This document shows positions 28,163 to 43,385 of a stretch of DNA of 64,000 bases, in pieces; position 1 is the stretch's first letter, and each line of letters starts with the position of its first letter. The notes under the pieces were generated by a model. That model did no database searches. It saw only the letters and a program-made list of their open reading frames with translations, and was not told the origin of the DNA. The stretch covers positions 19,902,001 to 19,966,000 of the forward strand of contig OZ024759.1 in the NCBI GenBank assembly GCA_964016885.1, in the 5' to 3' direction. A program made the translations under genes and the position numbers. Source of the DNA: Eledone cirrhosa (Eukaryota).

Positions 28163-28832
28163 ATTTATATATGTAATTATATATGTATTTGTATATGTAT
28201 ATATATTTATATATATATATTTATGTGTGTATATATATTTGTGTATATATATATTTATGTATATATTTATATATATATATATATACATATTTATGTATAT
28301 ATTTATATATATATATATACATATTTATGTATATATTTATATATATATATACATATTTATGTATATATATATATATATATATATGTGTATATATATATAT
28401 ATTTATGTGTATATATATACATATTTATGTATATATATATATATATATACATATTTATGTATATATATATGTACATATTTATGTATATATATATATATGT
28501 GTGTATATATATACATATTTATGTATATATATGTATATATATAAAGATAAAATAAAATGAAACAATGAAAAAAAAAATACCTACAAAAATTTGTGAGAAA
28601 AACTATAACTATTTTTTTTTTTATTTAAAAAAAAAATCTTTTTAAATATTTCTAAAAAAATATATTTTTGAAAAATATTATTTTAAAAATTATTATCATT
28701 ATTGTTATCCTATTATTATTGATATTATTATTAATAATGATTTTTTTTAAAATAATATTTTCCCAAAAACTAATTTTGAAAAATATTTTAAAAATATATA
28801 TATATTTTTTAAATATAATTTTTCCTTGCTGA

Positions 28833-28863
<31 letters not shown>

Positions 28864-28879
28864 TATTATTTTTTTTTTT

Positions 28880-29062
28880 TTTTTAATGGGCTTTCTCCAC
28901 GATGGCCCTCGGATGTTGGGGAATGTTTCATTGTTCTTTTATTACATCCTCTTTTTTTTTGTTTTGTTTTACACGCAGAAATGTCCATTTGTACTGTCCT
29001 GCATTGTCCTGTACTGTCCTTAATGTCTACTTTGTGTAAACCCTTGTAGTTAATAAAGAAAG

Positions 29063-29105
<43 letters not shown>

Positions 29106-29195
29106 TTACACGCACAAAACCCACATCGTACCGTCCTGTGCTGTCTGTAATGTTTTTCTTGATGTCAGCCCTTGTGGCCAATAAAGAAATCATTA
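28880..29195 (+). mobile_element. Two truncated Tx1-like LINE 3' ends within (TTA)n
   Basis: Homologous to 4030-4243; each ends aataaagaaa.c(att)n. Confidence 0.55.
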
Positions 29196-29419
29196 TTATT
29201 ATTATTATTATTGTTGTTGTTATGTTTTAATTTTGTGTGTGTGTGGGTGTGTGTTGGTGGGTGGGTATCTCTTATTATTCTTGAGCATCCTCTTTAAAGT
29301 GACACACTGTAGAAATGGTAGAGAATGAGGTGTTTGACAAGTAATCTTGCCTCCATTACCACTCTTACTTTTCACCTACTTTGCAACGTAATACATCTGA
29401 GAGCTTTTTGGAAAAGTGT

Positions 29420-30540
<1,121 letters not shown>

Positions 30541-30672
30541 TGTCATGACTGATATGTATGGGCGACTGCTGGTCTTCAAAAAACAACCTTGCCCATGCTT
30601 GTCTCCCAGAGGGAAACATTCTAGGTGCAAATCCCATGGTCGTTTCTCACCGAAAGGGGCTCTTTACCCCTA

Positions 30673-31345
30673 TATTAAAATTTAACTTTGGCATAGCTGT
30701 ATACATATATGTACATGAATTTCGTATATCTAAAGATATATGGTATATTTAATGAATAAACATTTTCAAAGCCCATCTATGAATAGAAAGGCTGACAGCC
30801 AGCGCCATCTAGCAGAAACAGCAGAAGACAATTGTCTATGCATTTCAAGCTCTAGCTGTCATCAGGATAAAGCCTCCCCTTACTTCCCGCTGGAATTTGA
30901 AATAGGTGAAAATATATAGTTATTTTGCCTGTGTATGTGGGCTAATTAACCTCATTTGCATATGAAGCTGAATAAGTTCGTCCAACTTAAAAGTAGAATT
31001 AAAATTTAACTCTAGCATAGCTGTATACATATATGTATGTGAATTTCATATATAATACAAATCTAGCATAGCTGTATACATATATGTATGTGAATTTCAT
31101 ATATAATACAAATCTAGCATAGCTGTATACATATATCTATGTGAATTTTATATATAATACAAATCTAGCATAGCTCTATACATATATGTATGTGAATTTC
31201 ATATATAATACAAATCTAGCATAGCTGTATACATATATGTATGTGAATTTCATATATAATACAAATCTAGCGTAGCTGTATACATATATGTATGTGAATT
31301 TCATATATCTAAAGATATACGGTATGTTTAATAAATAAACATTTT
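30673..31345. mobile_element. MITE-like element ends with an internal 51-bp tandem repeat (31011-31310, about 6 units)
   Basis: Homologous to the left end of the MITE at 54165-54510; unit tctagcatagctgtatacatatatgtatgtgaatttcatatataatacaaa. Confidence 0.65.
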
Positions 31346-31614
31346 GATATATATATATTCTAAGTAGAAAAAAAGACAGTGACTTCGAAATTTTAGATTG
31401 GTCACTCATTTAGCGTCCGGGAGAAAGGACCATGCTGAAACTATGGTGTCACGGCCACTTTCCTACTTAGAAAATATATTTGTACACTCTATCTTCAGTA
31501 TTGAGTTCTCATTCAGTTCATATTTAAATGTTTTATATACTGTTGTATTCTAAACACCTATTCTAACATATATGTCTATATGTTTGTGTGTGTGGTTGCA
31601 AATGTATGCCTCTG

Positions 31615-31655
<41 letters not shown>

Positions 31656-31845
31656 TTGTGCAGTTGTACACATAAGTGTATATATATATATATATATTAT
31701 GTATGTGTATATATATGTATATATATATATATGTATATATTATGTATATATTTATATATATATGTGTGTGTGTGTGTGTGCAGTCGAACACATAAGTGTG
31801 TGTGTATATGTATGTATGCATATATGTGTGGGTTTATGTGTGTGC

Positions 31846-31880
<35 letters not shown>

Positions 31881-31917
31881 GGGGGGGATGTTGTATATAT
31901 ATACATATATATATGTA

Positions 31918-31976
<59 letters not shown>

Positions 31977-32268
31977 TGAGAGAGGAATGGGGACAGTTTT
32001 TCTTCTCTTTCACACTAATCAGTTTGCAGTTAGTTTGTTTCCAAATTTTTCCCTATTCCCTCTGCTATTATTGCTATTATTTCAGCAAATTCTATGATAT
32101 ATCATGTTGAAGCTGTAGTTTAATTTGAGCTTGGTAACGTATTTATGTCTATTATCTTATTTCTAGCGTTGAGCTGAGTTTTTTTAATATCAGTTTAACT
32201 CATATCTAGCATTCTTTTCTAATTTTTTCATTCCTTTCTGTGTTGCATCTTATCAGATTCATCTACTC

Positions 32269-32301
<33 letters not shown>

Positions 32302-32336
32302 GAAGGAAGTGTGATATATATATACACACATATATC

Positions 32337-32368
<32 letters not shown>

Positions 32369-32415
32369 CACATATACATCCACACACACATATATATATA
32401 TATACACATTCATAT

Positions 32416-32446
<31 letters not shown>

Positions 32447-32485
32447 CGATATTAACAAATGGAAACTATATTTATAAAACCATAT

Positions 32486-32552
32486 TTATTTTATTATACA
32501 TATTTCAAGGACACCACGTTAAATTGTGGTGTGCTTTCATCAGATAAAATAC
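32486..32552 (-). ncRNA. Type I hammerhead ribozyme, family B
   Basis: Minus strand: tattttat CTGATGA aag.acaccac-aatttaac-gtggtgt.ctt GAAA tatgta TA ataaaata. Confidence 0.72.
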
Positions 32553-34259
32553 AATATAGATGAGTTTTATAAAAAAATATTGTCATACCCTTAAAAAATG
32601 CAACCATTAGTGTTGGAAGCTCCCGGATATATATATATATATATATATCATCATCATCTTCATCATTTTTTTAAAGCGGACGTAAATTGATGATATATAT
32701 ATATACACATTCATATCAATATATATACACATTCATATCTATCTATATATACATACATATATACACTCATATATATATATATTTTTTTTTACATATTTAC
32801 ATATATATATATACATACATATATATATATATATATATCTGTAGACATACATACACTATATACATCTACACGTGCACACACATATATAAATATAAATAGG
32901 GAGACACAAAGCACGCTTTGTTTACAAACAAACAGCTAGAACATTTGAAAATTGGGTAGTACCATGTGCTTATGCCATATTTGACTAAGATAAAATTAGT
33001 GTGTTAGTTGGGATTTAAAAAAACCCTCTGAATGGAAAAAGGGATGAGTATAGACGTACATAGCACACGTACCCATATCTTTGGTTTGCCGGATCAATGT
33101 GTTACCATTCAGAGAGGTTTTTTTTAAATCCTAACTAACATACAAATTCTATATATGCATATGTATGTATATGTATGTATATATATTCTTCTACACATTT
33201 AGTCATTAGATTATGGCCGTGCTGGAGCAACATATTGAAGGGATGTTTTCTTTCATATTGACTCTAATGCTCATTTTTTTTCCAGGTTTACTACCTACGT
33301 TATTAATCTCTTTGTCATACAATTGGATTTTGAGACATAAACACACACACACAAGCTCAGACACTCACTCACTCACTCACTCACTCACATACACTCACAC
33401 ACACTCACTCACTCACATACACTCACTCACATACACTCATTCACTGCTCACAGACACACACACGCACACACACACACACACACAAACACACACTCACTCA
33501 CATACACTCACTCACATACACTCATTCACATACTCACACACATACACTCACACACTCATTCACTCACTCACTCACATACACTCACTCACATACACTCACT
33601 CACTCACATACACTCACTCACACAATCACATACACTCACTCACACACTCACATACACTCACTCACACACTCACATACACTCACTCACACACTCACACAAT
33701 CACATACACTCACTCACACACTCACATACACTCACTCACACACTCACATACAGTCACTCACACACTCACATACAGTCACTCACACACTCACATACACTCA
33801 CTCACTCACTCACTCACTCACTCACTCACTCACATACACTCACTCACATACACTCACTCACTCACACACTCACATACACTCACTCACATACATGTATATA
33901 TACTACTTACTTACTTATACTTGGTTCGGTGGTCACTTGGGGTGGGTTGATCCAGCTCCCTCAAAGGAATTCATGGTGTAAGGTCATTTCAATGGAGTTT
34001 CTTTGGGTGATTGGTGTCACAAGCGGTGCCCAGCTGCAAGTATATGCAGTTAACGATAGTGCAATCCAAGCATTGCATTGGTTGTAGCGCCAAGCTCTCA
34101 CTTTCACACCCAACCCAATTTGGTGGAGCCAGTACCATGATGGGGGATGCATGGGAGAGAGTTTGGCCAGCAGAGATTAAAAATACAACCTATTTGAGCC
34201 ATTTTGTAGGCGAGCAAGAGCTCACTCCATTGCCCAGCTCAGTTATACTGACCTTCGGC

Positions 34260-34600
34260 ATCATCATCATTTCATTTTATGTCTGCTTTTTCCCTGCTTG
34301 CAAGGGTGGGACGGGAACTGATTTTGGTTTGATTTCTACAGCTGGATGCCCTTCCTAACACCAACCTCATTTACAGTGAGTGCTGGGTGATTTTTTTTGC
34401 CGTGGCACCTACACGACCACTTTGCAGTGGAATGATAGGGACCCCAGCCCCTATCATCTCATTTCTACAGCTGAGTAAACTGGAGTAATGTGAAATAAAG
34501 TGTCTTGCTCAAGGAAACAACACATCACCTGGTCTGAGAATTGAACTCACAACCTTTCGATTGCAAGCCCAATGCTCTAACCACTAAGCCATGTGCCTCC
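34260..34600 (-). mobile_element. tRNA/CORE-like/V-like SINE with RTE tail
   Basis: Copy of 23296-23650. Confidence 0.88.
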
Positions 34601-34656
<56 letters not shown>

Positions 34657-34957
34657 TACATATATGTGTGTGTGTGTGTGTGTGTAAATGTAAAAGGTAA
34701 ACAGAAATAACAACACAATCGGTACAGTATATGGAAGGGATATATTAGGTTAACGCTTGAAATAGCAGGAAGAGGGTCTTAACGTTATATACATAGAGAG
34801 AGAAAACGTGAAATTGGAAATAGCATGGAAAATATATTTTAGGGTCTGTTTTTTGTTTTTTTTTCCCCTTTCTTTGATTCGTCAAAGTGACATTATTGAA
34901 AAAATGAGAGGGACAATTCTTTTAAAAAAGAATTTTCTAATGTATTCAAAGTACATA

Positions 34958-35272
34958 AAGTATTACCAGTTTCGATGTATTAGTAAAATTCATCTTATCA
35001 AATGTTGAGTATTACAATTAAAAAGAATTAATAAGAATTAAAAACTAAAAAATTAAAGATTTAAAATTAAGTGTTGAAGTAAGTTTTTTTTTCATCTTAA
35101 TAAAAAAAATGAAGTGTTACCAGTTTCGATGTATTAGTAAAACTCATCTTATCAAATGTTGAGTATTACAATTAAAAAGAATTAATAAGAATTAAAAACT
35201 AAAAAATTAAAGATTTAAAATTAAGTGTTGAAGTAAGTTTTTTTTTCATCTTAATAAAAAGAATGAAGTGTT
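34958..35272. repeat. 154-bp direct tandem duplication with a decayed HHR-like motif on the minus strand
   Basis: Units start at about 34958 and 35112; minus strand TTGATAA gatg...catc GAAACTGGTA. Confidence 0.75.
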
Positions 35273-35426
35273 AGATCTTCATTACGTTTACTGGGGTGTG
35301 ATGCATGTTTCGTGATTGATCAGCTTAAGGTTTGATCTGTATTGATCTGGCTTGGCTCTACAGTAACTGGATGTTACAATCCCTAAATATAAATATATAT
35401 ATATATATGTTAAGTATTTCCGAAGA

Positions 35427-35665
35427 AAAAGCAAAGGAAAAAAGAGTGCTCTATGTATAAAACAGAGCTGTTTAATTAGAAAGTAAACACCACAATATAT
35501 AACTACTCCATTACCAAAGGTTTCAGGTGAGTGAACTAGACGTTTGTTAATATTGTCTAGGGTCTTGAAACATTTTGTAATGGAGTAGTTATATATTTTG
35601 TTATTTACTTTCTAATTAAATAGCTCTGTTTTATACATAGAGCACTCTTTTTTCCTTTGCTTTTA
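35427..35665. repeat. About 95-bp imperfect inverted repeat
   Basis: gcaaaggaaaaaagagtgctctatgtataaaacagagct... mirrored at 35566-35665. Confidence 0.85.
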
Positions 35666-35668
35666 TAT

Positions 35669-36410
35669 GTCAACTACTTTACAGAGTGTACAGGGTGTAT
35701 TTTATAGTAACACCAGCACCAGAGATGTTGTTAAGTTCTCAACAAAACTAAATAACCCTCTCTATCCTAGGTCAACTACTTTACAGAGTGTACAGGGTGT
35801 ATTTTATAGTAACACCAGCACCAGAGATGTTGTTAGGTTCTCAACAAAACTAAATAACCCTCTCTATCCTAGGTCAACTACTTTACAGAGTGTACAGGGT
35901 GTATTTTATAGTAACACCAGCACCAGAGATGTTGTTAGGTTCTCAACAAAACTAAATAACCCTCTCTATCCTAGGTCAACTACTTTACAGAGTGTATTTT
36001 ATAGTAACACCAGCACCAGAGATGTTGTTAGGTTCTCAACAAAACTAAATAACTCTCTCTATCCTAGGTCAACTACTTTACAGAGTGTACAGAGTGCATT
36101 TTGTAACACCAGATTTAGAGAGAATATCATGTTTTTAACACGAATAAAGAAACTTCTTTACCCCATGTCAACCACTTTACAGTGTGTACAGTTGATACCA
36201 GCATGATAGTGATTATGTTGTCAACAGGAATAAAGAAACTTCTTTATCCGATGATAACAATTTTACAGAGTGTACTTGGTGCATTTTATTATGACATCAG
36301 CATTAGATAAACTGTTAAGTTCTCCACAAGACTACAGCGCCCTATTTAAGCTATATCAACTATTTTACAGAGTGTACTTGATACACTTTAATCATGGTGC
36401 CGGCACTAGA
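35669..36410. repeat. About 102-bp tandem repeat, decaying rightwards, probably derived from SINE body sequence
   Basis: Units at 35669, 35771, 35873, 35975 and later diverged ones; similar actttacag...tgtactgggtgctttt sequence at 53810-53930. Confidence 0.85.
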
Positions 36411-36430
36411 GAAGTTACCTGTCTCCTTAC

Positions 36431-36599
36431 ATGGAAAATTGAATTATGAAAAGAATCAAAGAGAAACATATTCGAAGAAAAATGTAGAATATGACAAAAA
36501 TCTGTCAAAGTGTAAATGTGTTGAAGATTTGTTGCAGCACGTTTCCATTCTCAAAGACTCTGTTTCCATATTTCAAAGAATTTCTTTGGTATCACATTG
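36431..36599 (-). CDS. Candidate spliced exon containing a stop codon (NVIPKKFFEIWKQSL*)
   Basis: Acceptor ttttactgtctctag; donor gtaagg at 36430; in frame with the 47442-47637 candidate exon. Confidence 0.3.
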
Positions 36600-36941
36600 C
36601 TAGAGACAGTAAAATCTCATAAATAAATACAAAAAAACTAGCTAAATAAATATATAAATGAATAAATGAATAAATGAATAAATGAATGTCACATTGTTTT
36701 CATGTTGACACTATAGCCATTTTTTTTTCGTTCTTTTCTTTCTATTTCTTAAAACAAATAGTTTATTGTCTTAGGATTTTCTTTTTAAAAATAGATTTTG
36801 TAATTTTGTAAATTATTAACAAGATAATAAAATTATCAAAAAATCAAATATGTATGTGTGTGTGTGTATGTATATATATATATATATATTATATGTATAT
36901 ATATATATGCATATGTGCATATATATATGTGTATATATATG

Positions 36942-36972
<31 letters not shown>

Positions 36973-37865
36973 GCATATATATATATATTTATATACACAC
37001 ACAGCTGCATACACTCTCACTGACTTGTGCAGAGACAATCACAAATACATACACGTTTTTGAATGCATATCATATCATCATATATAACATCATCATTTTA
37101 ACATCCGCTTACCCTACTAGTAAACATATATATATATATATATAAGATATATATATATATATATATATATAAGATATATATATATATATATATATATAAG
37201 ATATATATATATATATATAAGATATATATATAATATATATATATGTATATATATATATATGTTGTAATAAAATAACGAAATTTCATTTCTCACTCTTAGT
37301 ACGTACATATATGTATGTGTACCTGTATGTATATATATGTATATATATATATATGCATGCTACTGTACGTCTGTATACATATATGTATGTACGTATACAT
37401 ACATACTTACATATATATATATATATAGCGTGAAAGATAGATGTTAAACGATGATGATGATGATGCGTATATATATAATGATAAATGTGAGTAAAATTGA
37501 AGTTGCAGCTGCGATTAGAAATTTTTCGAAATCAATCTTTAAAAGCTGGCACTAAGCACTCAATGAGGTGATATCGATATATTATAGCTCAGAGTAAATA
37601 TATGTATAGCAGCTGTTTGAGTATCTAGTCATAATGCTGTAAGAGCTGTGTAAGACAACTTCTACCCTGGCAAAAGCCATGCTGAGTGTCAAAAAATCTT
37701 TTTCCTCTAGAAAAGTGGTCAGTTTCCTTCTGGTGATTCATTCCATGACTTTACTGATATGTGAAGTCAGGGAGACAAGTCTGTAGTTTTTATCATCTGT
37801 TCTACTTCCTCCTCTATAGATAGGACATATTATGGCTTATCGCACTCTTTCACATGCATGCATGC

Positions 37866-37899
<34 letters not shown>

Positions 37900-37945
37900 C
37901 TATATATATATCTATATCTATATATATATTTATATATATATATAT

Positions 37946-38266
37946 ATCATCATCATCATCATTTTTACGTCTGCTTTTCCCTGCTTGCAAGGGTGGGACG
38001 GGAACTGATTCTGGCTTGATTTCTACAGCTGGATGCCCTTCCTAACGCCAACTTCATTTACAGTGAGTACTGGGTGCTTTTTTTTCCGTGGCACCTCCAC
38101 GACCACTTTGCAGTGGAATGATAGGGACCCCAGTCCTATCATCTCATTTCTACAGCTGAGTAAACTGGAGCAATGGGAAATAAAGTGTCTTGCTCAAGGA
38201 AACAACACATCACCCGGTCTGAGAATTGAACTCACAACCTTTCAATGCTCTAACCACTAAGCCATG

Positions 38267-38270
<4 letters not shown>
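37946..38270 (-). mobile_element. tRNA/CORE-like/V-like SINE with RTE tail
   Basis: Copy of 23296-23650. Confidence 0.88.
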
Positions 38271-38332
<62 letters not shown>

Positions 38333-38577
38333 AGAAGAAAGAGAGAGAGGAGGGGCTACTGACTCTACTCTTTCCCATGCATAGATTACCTCCCTGATTT
38401 GTGGTCTCCCTGCTGACCCTTATATATATATACATACATAATCTAGGTGTTTTCACACACATATATAATGTATATTATATCTATCTATCTCTATATATAT
38501 ATTATATTCTGATGGAATTACTTCATTCACACATATATATATATAATATATATAATATATATCTATATATATATATA

Positions 38578-38626
<49 letters not shown>

Positions 38627-38900
38627 GTATATATATATATATATATATATAATATGTATATATATATATATATATATATAATATGTATATATATATATAT
38701 ATATATATAATAAACAAGGTTTAGTAAATAATGAAAAAGTTTCAAAATAAATTTTAAAAAATTGACTTTACCTACTATAGTTACCTTTACCGATCGGTTT
38801 CGAATCCCAAAAATAAAACGTAGGCCATACGGCCCTCGTTGCAAGTTTGTGATAGTTTGTGATTTAAATTCTGGAATTTTATATTCTTTGAATGAAAAGA

Positions 38901-38984
38901 ACCTTCTGACGAGAATCTCTCTTTGCAACGAGGGCCGTATGGCCTACGTTTTATTTTTGGGATTCGAAACCGATCGGTAAAGGT
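38901..38984 (+). ncRNA. Type I hammerhead ribozyme, family A copy 1
   Basis: acctt CTGACGA gaatctc...gggattc GAAA ccgatcgg TA aaggt; predicted cleavage after A38979. Confidence 0.85.
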
Positions 38985-39383
38985 AACTATAGTAGGTAAA
39001 GTCAATTTTTTAAAATTTATTTTGAAACTTTTTCATTATTTACTAAACCTTGTTTATATTTGTTCTGGCTCGTTAATTTATTAACCCGCCATTGAACCAC
39101 ACTGGCACTTGGTTGGACAATACATGCGTACCTTGGCGCCTTGTGCGTGAAAGGACGTATTTCATATTACTACTACCTCCACATACGTTGAGAACAAACC
39201 GGGTCATTCCGACTGCTGCTGATAACAGCGGTGGCTAGTTCGACCTACCTCCTTTTGCCTCTATCTTTACTACGGCCCTTGATAAACCTGTTCTACATCA
39301 TCCACTCTCATCCCAGGAACAGTCTTTGATAGCGCTAGTTTGTGATTTAAATTCTGGAATTTTATATTCTTTGAATGAAAAGA

Positions 39384-39467
39384 ACCTTCTGACGAGAATC
39401 TCTCTTTGCAACGAGGGCCGTATGGCCTACGTTTTATTTTTGGGATTCGAAACCGATCGGTAAAGGT
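39384..39467 (+). ncRNA. Type I hammerhead ribozyme, family A copy 2
   Basis: Identical to copy 1, offset +483. Confidence 0.85.
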
Positions 39468-39866
39468 AACTATAGTAGGTAAAGTCAATTTTTTAAAATT
39501 TATTTTGAAACTTTTTCATTATTTACTAAACCTTGTTTATATTTGTTCTGGCTCGTTAATTTATTAACCCGCCATTGAACCACACTGGCACTTGGTTGGA
39601 CAATACATGCGTACCTTGGCGCCTTGTGCGTGAAAGGACGTATTTCATATTACTACTACCTCCACATACGTTGAGAACAAACCGGGTCATTCCGACTGCT
39701 GCTGATAACAGCGGTGGCTAGTTCGACCTACCTCATTTTGCCTCTATCTTTACTACGGCCCTTGATAAACCTGTTCTACATCATCCACTCTCATCCCAGG
39801 AACAGTCTTTGATAGCGCTAGTTTGTGATTTAAATTCTGGAATTTTATATTCTTTGAATGAAAAGA

Positions 39867-39950
39867 ACCTTCTGACGAGAATCTCTCTTTGCAACGAGGG
39901 CCGTATGGCCTACGTTTTATTTTTGGGATTCGAAACCGATCGGTAAAGGT
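39867..39950 (+). ncRNA. Type I hammerhead ribozyme, family A copy 3
   Basis: Identical to copy 1, offset +966. Confidence 0.85.
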
Positions 39951-40177
39951 AACTATAGTAGGTAAAGTCAATTTTTTAAAATTTATTTTGAAACTTTTTC
40001 ATTATTTACTAAACCTTGTTTATATTTGTTCTGGCTCGTTAATTTATTAACCCGCCATTGAACCACACTGGCACTTGGTTGGACAATACATGCGTACCTT
40101 GGCGCCTTGTGCGTGAAAGGACGTATTTCATATTACTATATATATATAATATGTATATATACATATATATATATATA

Positions 40178-40240
<63 letters not shown>

Positions 40241-43200
40241 GAGAGAGAGAATTCCTCATTCTGATTATTCCGACCTTCTGACCTAAAAAATGTTAAAAAA
40301 ATGTCAAAGTTCAAAGTTTACTTAAAATACCAACAGAAATTTATAAATTCTTCAACTGGTTGTTACCATTCCTTTCATCTAACCTTTGACACCAATTGGT
40401 TTCTTTCTTTGTTTTTTGGGAGGGGTCAGGGGTTCTTTTTCTGTGGGGGTGGGGGTTCTTTGTTGGGTGGGGGTGTTGTGAGTTTTTTCTTTCTCACATT
40501 TTTTTGGCAAATTCTTTCTTCCACTGCTACCACCAACTACCCCACCCCACCACTAACCTCCACCCCGCCACTAACCTCCCATCACCACCAACTACCTACT
40601 ACCCACCATCAATCAACCACTACCACACCATCAACAACCCCACCATCTACCACCCCAGCATCTACCACCCCACCGTCTACCACCCCACCATCTACCACCC
40701 CACCATCTACCACCCCACCATCTACCACTTCCACTACCAACCACCCGACCACCCACCCCACCAACAACCACTACCCACCATCATTACTCCATCCCCTAAA
40801 CTACCACAGCCTTCCATCCCAATTCACAACCCCCCACCCCCACCCCACCTCACATATGGGGTGCGGTGGTGGGTGGGGGTGGGTTGTGAATTGTTTATGA
40901 GCATGAATGTATGTGGTGTGTGTGCATGTCTATATGTGCATGTATGCATGTGTGTGTGGGAATGTGTGTGTTTGTGTGTGCATGTGTATGCATGTGTGTG
41001 TGTGGGTGAATGTGTGTGTTTGTGTCATCACGTATATGTGCGTCTATGCATGTGTGTGTGTGTGAATGTGTGTGTTTGTGTGTGCATGTGTATATGTGAA
41101 TGTATGTATGTGAATGTGTGTTTGTGTGTGCATGTTTATATGTGAGTGTATGTGTGTGTTTGTGTGTTTGTGTGTGCATGTGTATATGTGAGTGTATGTA
41201 TGTGAATGTGTGTTTGTGTGTGCATGTGTATATGTGAGTGTATGTATGTGAATGTGTGTTTGTGTGTGCATGTGTATATGTGAGTGTATGTATGTGAATG
41301 TGTGTTTGTGTGAGCATGTGTATATGTGAGTGTATGTATGTGAATGTGTGTTTGTGTGTGCATGTGTATATGTGAGTGTATGTATGTGTGTGTGTGTGTG
41401 TAAGAATTGAATTCAGGCCCTCACGTGTACTTTTGCATAATAACCCTTATTATCCCTAAACCCCCCCCCCCGTGTCCTCCTCCCTTCCACCTCCCCCACC
41501 TCTGTCTCTCTTCTCACCCCCCCCTCCTTCATTGACATCTCTTATTTCATCTCGTGATTCATTTTCATACATTTATCGGTCATCATTACCTATCACCACC
41601 ACCACCACCACCATCATCATCATCACCATTGCCATCACCATCATCATCATCATCACCATCATCCCCACCACCATCACCATCATCATCATCACCACCATCA
41701 CCATCACCACCATCATCATCACCACCATCACCATCACCACCATCATCATCGCCATTGCCATCACCATCACCACCACCACCACCACCACCCCCATCATCAT
41801 CATCATCACCATTGCCATCACCATCATCATCATCATCACCATTGCCATCACCATCACCACCATCACCATCACCATCATCACCATTACCATCATCATCACC
41901 ATCGTCAACATCACCATCATCATCACCATCCCCTTGATCATCACCACTAGCATTATCACCATCATCATCATCATCACAATTAACATCATCCCCACCACCA
42001 ACATCATCATCATCTGCATCGTCATGATCATCACCACAATCATCATCATAATCTTCATCTTCACCATCTTCATTGTCATTACCTCCACCACCATAATCAT
42101 CATCATCATCATCATCACCATTGCCATCACCATCACCACTATCATCACCACCAGCACCCCACCACCACCACAACCACCACCATCATCACCACCAGCACCC
42201 CACCACAACCACCATCACCACCAGCACCCCACCACAACCACCACCATCATCACCACCATCACCACCCCACTATCTATATACATATATACATGTGTGTATT
42301 TATCTATGTATATATGTGTATATATCTATATACATATATACATGTGTGTATTTATCTATGTATATGTGTGTATATATATATCTATATACATATATACATG
42401 CATGTATTTATTTATCTATGTATATCTATATATATATATATATATGGATTTATCAAAGTATATCTATATATACGTGTGTATATAGATCTATATATTTATA
42501 CATACACACACATACACACAAACATACACAAACACACACACTAACATATACACAAACATACACACTAACATACACACAAACATACACACAAACATACTCA
42601 CAAACACACACACAAACACACACATTAACATATACACAAACATACACACTAACATACGCACTAACATACACACTAACACACACACAAACATACACACTAA
42701 CATACACACTAACATACACACTAACATATACACAAACATACACACTAACATATACACAAACATACACACAAACGTACACACAAACGTACACACAAACGTA
42801 CACACTAACATACACACTAACATACACACTAACATACACACTAACATACACACTAACATACACACTAACACACACACTAACATACTCACAAACATACACA
42901 CAAACACACACAAACATACACACAAACATACACACAAACATACACACAAACATACACACAAACACACACAAACATACACACTAACATACACACAAACATA
43001 CACACTAACATACACACTAACATACTCACAAACACACACTAACATACACACAAACACACACACAAACACACACACATACACACAAACACACACACAAACA
43101 CACACACAAACACACACACTAACATACACACAAACACACAAACACACACACAAACACACACTAACATACACACAAACATACACACAAACACACACACTAA

Positions 43201-43338
43201 CATACACACAAACATACACAATAACATACACACTAGCATACACACTAACATACTCACAAACACACACACAAACACACACTAACATACACACACACATACA
43301 CACTAACACAAACACACACACACACACATACACACAAA

Positions 43339-43385
43339 CAACTTAATATCTGATATGATCCCTATATGGGACCATCGTTATTAAA
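43339..43385 (+). pseudogene. U2 snRNA-like fragment (stem IIa/IIb region)
   Basis: caacttaatatctgatatgatccctatatgggaccatcgttattaaa resembles U2 ...cagtttaatatctgatacgtcctctatccgaggacaatatattaaa (recalled sequence). Confidence 0.6.

Larger units (their letters stand above)
38710..40138 (+). mobile_element. HHR-containing 483-bp tandem repeat (retrozyme/Penelope-like), about 2.7 units preceded by a 135-bp inverted copy
   Basis: Period 483 (CTGACGA at 38906, 39389, 39872); inverted segment 38710-38844; (TA)n on both flanks. Confidence 0.88.

Noticed and set aside
38762-39971. 72-aa ORFs (MTLPTIVTF...) in the 483-bp repeat
   Set aside because: Non-ATG (TTG) starts, antisense to the ribozyme, no recognisable domain
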